NCBI GenBank assembly: GCA_045654485.1 | Contig: JAZONN010000016.1 | Span: forward strand, 71,484-135,483 | Direction: 5' to 3' | DNA: 64,000 nucleotides | DNA from: Candidatus Enterousia sp. | GTDB taxonomy: Bacteria; Pseudomonadota; Alphaproteobacteria; Rs-D84 | In this document: one piece after another, positions 57,281-64,000 of the stretch | Position numbering within the stretch: the stretch's first letter is position 1 | Layout: each line of letters begins with the position of its first letter | Notes under the pieces: generated by a model | What the model was told of the DNA's origin: nothing | Databases searched by the model: none | The model's input: the letters and a program-made list of their open reading frames with translations, nothing else | Program-made: the position numbers and the translations under genes

Positions 57281-58369
57281 ATGCTGACACAGTATTTTTT
57301 GCAACAAGATTTTTCGTTTTTTGCCAGTGGTTGGACCCAATTCGCATGTGCGTTTTTCGTGTCTTTTATGATAATGCTTGTGTTTGGCAAACCTTTTATT
57401 GCGGCGATGCGTGTGCTGCAGAAGAAAGGACAGCCCATCAGTGAAAATGTCCCCACGTCTCATCGGGAAAAGGCCGGCACCCCAACAATGGGTGGGTTGC
57501 TGATTGTCTTGGCTATTTTGGTTGGGGCTTTGATGTTTATGCCGTTGTCTAATCCGACCGGTTGGATTGCGTTGGCGGCTTTGGTTATGTTTGGTGCATT
57601 GGGATTTGTTGATGATTATAAAAAGGTTGTTTCGCAATCTAAGAAAGCATCCAATGGTTTGTCGCCACGTTCTCGTCTGTTCGTAGAGGGTATTTTTGTT
57701 GTTGTTTTGGCTTATTTAATTAATAAAACAATGCCGCCATATATTCCGGAATATTCTTTGGCGATTGGGGCTGGTATAATTTTACCGTTGGGATTTTGGT
57801 ACTATGTATTTGCTTATTTTGTAATTTGTGGTGGTGCAAATGCAACAAATATCACGGATGGTTTAGATGGAATGTTGTCTAAATTGTTTATGCCTGTGTT
57901 AATTGTGCTTGTTGTTGCATTGTATGGTGCGACACGTATCGGGTTTATGGATACGGTTATGTTCTTACCAACGGCAAGTGGCCTATATGCGGTACTTGGT
58001 GCGGCATTTGGTGCGGTTCTGGGATTTTTGTGGTATAATTCCAAACCTGCATCCATATTTATGGGTGACGTTGGTTCATTGGCGTTGGGTGGATTTATGG
58101 GTACGGTTGCGATGTTATTGAAATCCGAAATTATTATGGGTGTTGCGGCCGGTATGATGGTGTTGATTTTGTTGTCGTCGTTTGTGCAAACGGTGTATTT
58201 CAAAGTGACGCGTCGTATTTCTGGTACGGGCCGTCGTGTGTTTTTGCGTGCGCCATTACATCATCATTTTGAAGAATTGGGTTGGTCTGAAACTAAAATT
58301 GTCGAACGATTTTTTATCTTATCGATATTGTTTTCAGGCTTCGCATTGGTATTGTTAAAATTTGCATAA
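57281..58369 (+). CDS. mraY: Phospho-N-acetylmuramoyl-pentapeptide transferase
   Basis: KAGTPTMGG, GFVDDY.K, NATNITDGLDG, IFMGDVGSLALG, APLHHHFE..GWSE. Confidence 0.97.
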   Translation: MLTQYFLQQDFSFFASGWTQFACAFFVSFMIMLVFGKPFIAAMRVLQKKGQPISENVPTSHREKAGTPTMGGLLIVLAILVGALMFMPLSNPTGWIALAALVMFGALGFVDDYKKVVSQSKKASNGLSPRSRLFVEGIFVVVLAYLINKTMPPYIPEYSLAIGAGIILPLGFWYYVFAYFVICGGANATNITDGLDGMLSKLFMPVLIVLVVALYGATRIGFMDTVMFLPTASGLYAVLGAAFGAVLGFLWYNSKPASIFMGDVGSLALGGFMGTVAMLLKSEIIMGVAAGMMVLILLSSFVQTVYFKVTRRISGTGRRVFLRAPLHHHFEELGWSETKIVERFFILSILFSGFALVLLKFA

Positions 58370-58379
58370 AGTCGTTATC

Positions 58380-59522
58380 ATGTTCAAGCGCAGCGAAGAA
58401 AGTAAATTAACAAGTTGGTATTTTGAAATAGATCGTCGTCTGTTGGGGTGTGTATTGCTGATGATTGTGTTGTCGGTGATATTTGCGCTATCTGCTGGGT
58501 CGGTTGCGGCCGAACGAATTGGTCAATCCTGGCATTTTTTCTTGGTCAAGGCGATACCTTTCTATATACTGGGTCTGATTACACTATTCGGTGCAAGTTT
58601 TTTGAACAAGAAATGGGTTCTAAGGTTTGCTGCTGCGGATTTAGCGTTCGGTTTGTTGTTGTTGCCATTGACGGTTTTTATGCCGCATATGATAAACAAT
58701 TCGGCCCGCTTTGTTGATTTGGGGCCGTTTAATGTTATGCCTTCTGATGTTATGAAGCCCGGATTTATTGTGATGACGGCATATTTTCTGGCAAAAATGA
58801 AAGAACGTTATGGTGCAAATATCTTCTTTAACAAAGATGCTTGGCGTTTTAATACTTGGCTTAGCTGGTCATATTATCTAATGATATTTTTGCCGGTTGT
58901 TTTTGTTATATTTAATCATCCGGACTTGGGGACATCTATTCTGTATCTGGCGGTATTTTCTGCTATGATTTTTATTGCGGGTATGCCGCTGTTTTTGGTT
59001 CCTGTTTTGGGGTTGGCAGGTTTGTTTATGTTGGTTGTTGCTTTCTTTACATTGGGGCACGTGCATCGTCGTATTATCGCATTCTTTACCGGCACCGGTG
59101 ATACATATCAGGTGGACAATTCGGTTGATTCAATTCGGCATGGCGGATTATTGGGGTCGGGGGATGATGCGTTTGTAAAGCAATATTTGCCCGACGTGCA
59201 TACTGACTTTATTTTTGCGGCCATTGCCGAAGATTTAGGTGCGATAATGGCATGTGGTTTGTTGGTGTTATTATTCTTTGTATTTCGTCGTTTGATAACC
59301 AATGCAACAAATGCCCGTGACTTGTTTGTTATGTATGCGACGGGTGGTGCGGCGGCATTATTTGGCACACAGATTTGTTTCAATATGTTAACAACATTAA
59401 ATTTATTTGCGCCCAAAGGAATGACGTTGCCGTTCATTTCGTATGGGGGCAGTTCGCTATTGGCTTACTGTCTGCTGTTTGGAATGATTTTGGCTATTGT
59501 GCGTGAAGATAAATGGAAATAA
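58380..59522 (+). CDS. ftsW: Peptidoglycan glycosyltransferase FtsW (SEDS family)
   Basis: PS...KP, HPDLGT, YLPDVHTDFIFA..AE, PKGMTLPFISYGGSS; located before murG. Confidence 0.93.
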   Translation: MFKRSEESKLTSWYFEIDRRLLGCVLLMIVLSVIFALSAGSVAAERIGQSWHFFLVKAIPFYILGLITLFGASFLNKKWVLRFAAADLAFGLLLLPLTVFMPHMINNSARFVDLGPFNVMPSDVMKPGFIVMTAYFLAKMKERYGANIFFNKDAWRFNTWLSWSYYLMIFLPVVFVIFNHPDLGTSILYLAVFSAMIFIAGMPLFLVPVLGLAGLFMLVVAFFTLGHVHRRIIAFFTGTGDTYQVDNSVDSIRHGGLLGSGDDAFVKQYLPDVHTDFIFAAIAEDLGAIMACGLLVLLFFVFRRLITNATNARDLFVMYATGGAAALFGTQICFNMLTTLNLFAPKGMTLPFISYGGSSLLAYCLLFGMILAIVREDKWK

Positions 59523-59541
59523 AATATACAGGGGGTGTGAA

Positions 59542-60585
59542 ATGCGTATATGGATTGCAACTGGTGGAACCGGTGGACATGTGTATCCGGCATTAAGTGT
59601 TGCGACGGAATTAGTATCTCGTGGACATAAGGTAACGATATCTTGTGATGGGCGTGTTCGTGATATGGTTCGCCGTGGTGCGCCATCTGGGGCAGGGCTT
59701 GTTCATATTTGGGCGTCTGGCGTTGGTGCAAAAAATCGATTGAAACAAATGTGGGCTTTGTTCAAGATTGGCGTGTCTGCAACTGCATTGATTTTGCGTT
59801 TTGTCGTGTCACGTCCCGAACGTGTTGTTGCATTTGGTGGATATGCATCTGTTCCTGCGGTGTTTGCTGCACACGTATGGCGTATACCGACATTTTTGCA
59901 TGAACAAAATGCGGCTATTGGTCGTGCGAACCGCTTTGCAATGCGCTGGGTGAAAACCTTGATGACAAGTTTTCCAACCGTGACCGGTATTCCAAATGGT
60001 GTCACAAATGTTATTTATACTGGTCTGCCTGTACGTCGTGAAATATTGGCGGTTTCAAATGCGCCATTGCCCAATGCGTCTAAATTGTTAGTGACTGGTG
60101 GTTCGTTGGGTGCACAGATATTGGACGAAGTTGTGCCGGAATCTATTGTGGCGATGAAAAACAAAAAGATATTCGTAACGCACCAAACTCGCCCGGAAAA
60201 TGTTGCACGATTACAAAAGTTTTATTCGGATAATAATATTCGTGCGAACGTACTGTCATTTATTCATGATATGGCGGGTGCGATTGCAGGTGCCGATTTG
60301 GTGATTGGTCGTAGTGGTGCCAGCACGGTCGTAGAATTACAAACGATTGGTCGTCCGGCTATATTGGTGCCGTTGGGGATTAATCCGGACCAAGCCGCCA
60401 ATGCGGCCAGTTTTGCAAAAAATGGTGGTGGTTTTGCAATTGAGCAATCTAAGTTTACAACCCGTTGGTTAACATCGACACTATCGGATCTGTTTGATAA
60501 TCCGTTGCGTTTGGAAAAGATGGCGAAAAAATCATATGTTCCAAATGTCGCTGTTGAAAAAATATCAGATGTTGTAACGAAATAA
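59542..60585 (+). CDS. murG: UDP-N-acetylglucosamine--lipid I transferase
   Basis: GGTGGHVYPA, FGGYAS, HEQNA..GRANR, GGSLGA, RSGAST, Q..NA. Confidence 0.97.
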   Translation: MRIWIATGGTGGHVYPALSVATELVSRGHKVTISCDGRVRDMVRRGAPSGAGLVHIWASGVGAKNRLKQMWALFKIGVSATALILRFVVSRPERVVAFGGYASVPAVFAAHVWRIPTFLHEQNAAIGRANRFAMRWVKTLMTSFPTVTGIPNGVTNVIYTGLPVRREILAVSNAPLPNASKLLVTGGSLGAQILDEVVPESIVAMKNKKIFVTHQTRPENVARLQKFYSDNNIRANVLSFIHDMAGAIAGADLVIGRSGASTVVELQTIGRPAILVPLGINPDQAANAASFAKNGGGFAIEQSKFTTRWLTSTLSDLFDNPLRLEKMAKKSYVPNVAVEKISDVVTK

Positions 60586-60586
60586 G

Positions 60587-60609
60587 AATCCCCTTTTGGG
60601 GATTTTTTT
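60587..60609 (+). terminator. Intrinsic terminator
   Basis: AATCCCC-tttt-GGGGATTTTTTT. Confidence 0.8.
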
Positions 60610-60688
60610 AGATATCACTGAAATTGGTTTATTTTATGCTTGCGCATATTTTGCGATTTGTTCTATGATAATATCGAAGGAAAGGAAA

Positions 60689-62008
60689 ATGCGTCAAATA
60701 ACAATCTCGATATTGTCGATGTTTATTGCATTGCCGGCATTTGCAAATGTGCGTTTGCCGGTTGTAAATGTTGCGTCGGGCGGTGTTTCGGCCCGTGCCG
60801 CATTTGGAGAGAATGCCCCCGTACGTAATGTTACACCACGTATTGCGACACGTAATAAAGCACCGGCTACGCCTGCGTCATCAACCCGTGTTGCACATAC
60901 GGCATCTGTTATTTCAACTGCGCCAATGGTGTCCGTTGATGCAGGGCAACCATTAATTGCGTCTGATGATGTTTTGTCGCCACGTCGTCCAAGTGCGGAT
61001 TTGTGGGCACGTAATGATGGAATGTTGCGTATGCCGACGGCCGATGAATTTTCTGTTATCCGTTCTGATGCTACGTTACCCGAAGAGAGTTTGGATGCCA
61101 AACCTGTTCGTATTGCGTCAACTGCATCTGCTGCGCCGGTCTCACCACGTGTTGCGTATGTTGAAAATGATATTCCATCGCCACAACCTATGGCGCATAT
61201 TGATAATCAGATTGCACGCTTAAATGAAATGCAACGACGTGCCGATGACAGTGTCCGCAATGTTTCGTCCCGTGTAATTGCTGCGCCAATTGCAGATATG
61301 CCGTCAAATTCCACCAAGATTGCCGATGCATCTTCTGTGACGAAACCTGTGGAAACTGTTGCGGTTCGTCGTATGGTTGTTCCAATGGCGGATGAAGTTA
61401 TTACACGAAAGGTTGAATCAAAAACGTCGCCACGTATTGCGGCGGTTCGTGATGATATGTCCAAAATGTCTCCGTCTCAATTGCGGCAGGCATTCCGTAA
61501 AACCTTCTTGTCGGAAAATAAACATTTTTCAACATATCGTATGGACGATAGTTTTGATACGATAAGTGATATGTCTACATCAACCGAAGGTTTTACCGCT
61601 CGTCATTCTTTGTCCGAAGCATCAGAAATTCGTGAACTGGAAATAAAGATAAACTTCCGTAACAATGATTCTGCTTTGTCACGTGAAAATTATCAATTGT
61701 TAACAGAATACGCATCGTTTGTGACCAACAATCCAACACGTGCGGTCCAAGTTGCGATTCCGCAAAAAATGACAGTTGGCAAAGATTCACGCAAATTGGC
61801 GGCCCGTCGTTTGGCTATAATAGAGCAGGCCCTAACTGACAACGGTGTATCGTTGCAACGTATTGTTCCTGTTTTGTCGCAACGTGAAGATGCAGGCATA
61901 GTTTTAAGAATATTATCAAATGAACAATATGAAACTTTGACCAAGCAAACGCATGATATATTTGGTGATACGACAGGCAAGAAAACATATAAAAGCATGA
62001 CGTGGTAA
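60689..62008 (+). CDS. Secreted protein with long S/T/A/P/R-rich region and a degenerate C-terminal OmpA-like domain
   Basis: Signal peptide (..ALPAFA); C-terminus INF..NDSALS......L......RKLA.RRL..I...L...GV...RI. Confidence 0.7.
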   Translation: MRQITISILSMFIALPAFANVRLPVVNVASGGVSARAAFGENAPVRNVTPRIATRNKAPATPASSTRVAHTASVISTAPMVSVDAGQPLIASDDVLSPRRPSADLWARNDGMLRMPTADEFSVIRSDATLPEESLDAKPVRIASTASAAPVSPRVAYVENDIPSPQPMAHIDNQIARLNEMQRRADDSVRNVSSRVIAAPIADMPSNSTKIADASSVTKPVETVAVRRMVVPMADEVITRKVESKTSPRIAAVRDDMSKMSPSQLRQAFRKTFLSENKHFSTYRMDDSFDTISDMSTSTEGFTARHSLSEASEIRELEIKINFRNNDSALSRENYQLLTEYASFVTNNPTRAVQVAIPQKMTVGKDSRKLAARRLAIIEQALTDNGVSLQRIVPVLSQREDAGIVLRILSNEQYETLTKQTHDIFGDTTGKKTYKSMTW

Positions 62009-62724
62009 GGTTTATAAATTCCTTGATTAATTTTATATATCCGCCGGCGTGTCCATTATGTGACACGTCTGTGTCGATACATGGGGAATTATGTGCGGAT
62101 TGTTGGATGTCGTTTGATTGGATATCTGGTGCCAAGTGTGCACGTTGTGGTTATCCTTTTTCAACAGCTTGGGAAAACAATGGTGTGTATTTGTGTCCGA
62201 CGTGTGCCTCTGGCAATGGCGAATTAGATTGGATACGTTGTGCGTGTGTGTATGATGATGTATCACGTTCTGTGATGTTACCGTTTAAGCATGGTGGGCA
62301 AATAAATTACGCACGTTTCATGTCACGTGCAATGATTTGGGCTTTACGTGATATTGATGTAGATGCAGATATAGTTATGCCTATTCCATTGGCAAGACGT
62401 AGGTTGTTTCACCGTGGATATAATCAGGCAACCTTGTTGGCACGACCGATTGCAAAGGCGTTGGGTATACCGATTGATTATGATTCTGTGCATCGCAAAT
62501 ATCGTCCGGATATGGGGCATAAAAATGCACGTGAACGTGCGTCAAATATACACGGTGTGTTTTCTGTTGTGCGACCTGATAATATTCGGGGCAAAAGGAT
62601 TTTATTGGTTGATGATGTTATGACATCGGGTGCTACATTATCTGTATTGCGTCGTGAATTGGTGTGTGCCGGTGCGGTCGCCGTATATGGTGTTACATTT
62701 TGTAGGATTGCACGTTCTGTTTAG
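62002..62724 (+). CDS. comF: ComF family protein (double zinc ribbon + phosphoribosyltransferase)
   Basis: CPLC..C.DC..CARCG..CPTC, P.PL.RRRLF.RGYNQA, ILLVDDVMTSGATL. Confidence 0.93.
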   Translation: MVRFINSLINFIYPPACPLCDTSVSIHGELCADCWMSFDWISGAKCARCGYPFSTAWENNGVYLCPTCASGNGELDWIRCACVYDDVSRSVMLPFKHGGQINYARFMSRAMIWALRDIDVDADIVMPIPLARRRLFHRGYNQATLLARPIAKALGIPIDYDSVHRKYRPDMGHKNARERASNIHGVFSVVRPDNIRGKRILLVDDVMTSGATLSVLRRELVCAGAVAVYGVTFCRIARSV

Positions 62725-62730
62725 TTTGTA

Positions 62731-63102
62731 TTAGTGAATATTTGATTTAATTTTATGATTGTTCATCAATACACGTAATTCTTGAATAATAACTTGACGG
62801 GCGCACAGTGACATTAAATCTAAAAATACTTTATCGTTGTCCGAAAAAGTTTTCTGATTTGAATATATCAATGTTTCTGCAATAAGTTTGCCATTTACTA
62901 CGATACTGTATTCGTATGTGATGTGTTGTGCATTTTGTGCGATAACTTCACATGCAATGATTAATTCCTCGTCACCCGCCGGTAGTGGAACGCTATACGC
63001 TTTAAAGTTTCCGTCTGCGTTTGATTCAATGGAAATCCATCCTGCTTGCAGGCATGCTTTTACCATTTTTAATAATTTTGGATCGATTATATTCTGTGCC
63101 AT
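62731..63102 (-). CDS. Hypothetical protein, 123 aa
   Basis: Open frame filling the gap between comF and the DUF2147 gene; no family recognised. Confidence 0.65.
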   Translation of the reverse strand: MAQNIIDPKLLKMVKACLQAGWISIESNADGNFKAYSVPLPAGDEELIIACEVIAQNAQHITYEYSIVVNGKLIAETLIYSNQKTFSDNDKVFLDLMSLCARQVIIQELRVLMNNHKIKSNIH

Positions 63103-63246
63103 TTGGTGCCTAATTTATTTGCTATAAAAAAGATAATACAATCTCTGTGTTTGTCAAGTTATTGTTTCCTTGCAACTTTATTGACTATTGTCTAAACTAA
63201 ATACGTCCATATATATTTGTTTTTTATATAGCAAAAGGAAAAAAAT

Positions 63247-63771
63247 ATGAAATTACGTTTTGTATCTTTTTTGTCTGCATTGTTGTTGCCGATTGCCGCA
63301 CAAAGTGCCGCCCCATTTGTTGGTTATTATCAAACCATTGATGATGAAACCAATTCGCCAAAGTCCATTGTTGCGTTGTATGAATACACCGATGGTGATG
63401 ATACTGAATTGGCGGGTCGTATTATTGCGTTGTATGGCACCGATGGTGCGGTGTCTGAAACCTTGTCGAATCCAACGCGTGTTGCTGATGCGGTGACTGG
63501 CTCGCCCAAGATGGTTGGTTTGGATATTATCTGGGGTATGGAATGGGATGATGATGACGCACGTTACGAAGATGGTAAAATTATGGACCCAAAATCTGGC
63601 AAGGTTTATTCAAGTGTAATCTGGCAAGAATCGCCTGAGAAATTAAACGTTCGTGGCAAGATTGGGCCATTTGGTCGTACCCAGAATTGGAATGTTTTGT
63701 CCGTGTCTGATTTACCATCGGATTTACAGTCCTTGGATATGCAGAATTGGACACCAACGGTAAAAAAATAA
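63247..63771 (+). CDS. DUF2147 domain secreted protein
   Basis: Signal peptide, G.Y.TIDDET...KS.V, GLDIIWGM, G.I.DPKSGKVY, L.VRG.IG.FGRTQ.W. Confidence 0.88.
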   Translation: MKLRFVSFLSALLLPIAAQSAAPFVGYYQTIDDETNSPKSIVALYEYTDGDDTELAGRIIALYGTDGAVSETLSNPTRVADAVTGSPKMVGLDIIWGMEWDDDDARYEDGKIMDPKSGKVYSSVIWQESPEKLNVRGKIGPFGRTQNWNVLSVSDLPSDLQSLDMQNWTPTVKK

Positions 63772-63780
63772 AAAATATAT

Positions 63781-63808
63781 AAAAAATGCCCATATGGGCA
63801 TTTTTTTT
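63781..63808 (+). terminator. Intrinsic terminator
   Basis: AAAAAATGCCC-atat-GGGCATTTTTTTT. Confidence 0.85.
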
Positions 63809-63873
63809 GAAAAAAGTTATCGAATCGCACCCCTATTTTATGATATACTAAGTGCATAGAGATAAAGAAAAAT

Positions 63874-64000
63874 ATGAAAAAATTTATTGTTTGCCTTTGT
63901 GCATTTATATCTGCTGTCCCTGCGGCGGTTGCTGCGGACGGTATTGTTTCACGTGTTGAATCATCTGAATCTAAGTCGGCTAAGCGTACGGTTGCGGGGC
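63874..64000 (+). CDS. Secreted protein, 5' fragment (runs off the right edge); N-terminus resembles 25351..27513
   Basis: MKKFIVCLCAFISAVPAAVAADGIVSRV versus MKKLLTCFFAIMVVAPAAVAADGGISRV. Confidence 0.7.
   Translation, partial: MKKFIVCLCAFISAVPAAVAADGIVSRVESSESKSAKRTVAG

Noticed and set aside
1-64000. Alternative genetic code or selenocysteine readthrough
   Set aside because: All recognisable genes are full length under code 11, and TGA serves as a normal stop in ATGA overlaps

Overview
Gene-dense, ~42% GC (estimated by eye) chromosomal window of an Alphaproteobacterium using the standard genetic code. Markers are RpoH, a DUF4167-like protein, Zn-free L31, PpdK and the YfgM-BamB and LptF/G-LptD-SurA blocks. 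The overall style resembles small-genome gut Alphaproteobacteria such as Ca. Enterousia (inference, not searched). The backbone is housekeeping: ppdK, rsmE, rluB, pnp, rlmN, xseB, mutS, truB, rpsO, rluD, dnaX, rpoH, dnaQ, uvrD, rpmE, PBP1A, mraY-ftsW-murG, comF and tRNA-Val(TAC). I saw no integrase, transposase, relaxase, phage gene or CRISPR array. Scattered among the core genes are parts of a possible contact/secretion apparatus: an orphan VirD4 coupling ATPase, five adjacent VirB6/TrbL-like membrane paralogs (three with a CxxC motif), an operon of three PilV-like prepilins, and a PilS-like pilin coupled to dnaX. There is also a family of large secreted Cys-rich proteins with basic low-complexity N-termini. 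Non-coding signals include apparent strong over-representation of the palindrome CACGTG (about 65-70 copies by manual count), a long hairpin in the pnp leader, one CGTC/TGTC-type REP-like palindrome and many symmetric intrinsic terminators. All family assignments come from motif recognition by eye; no database search was run.
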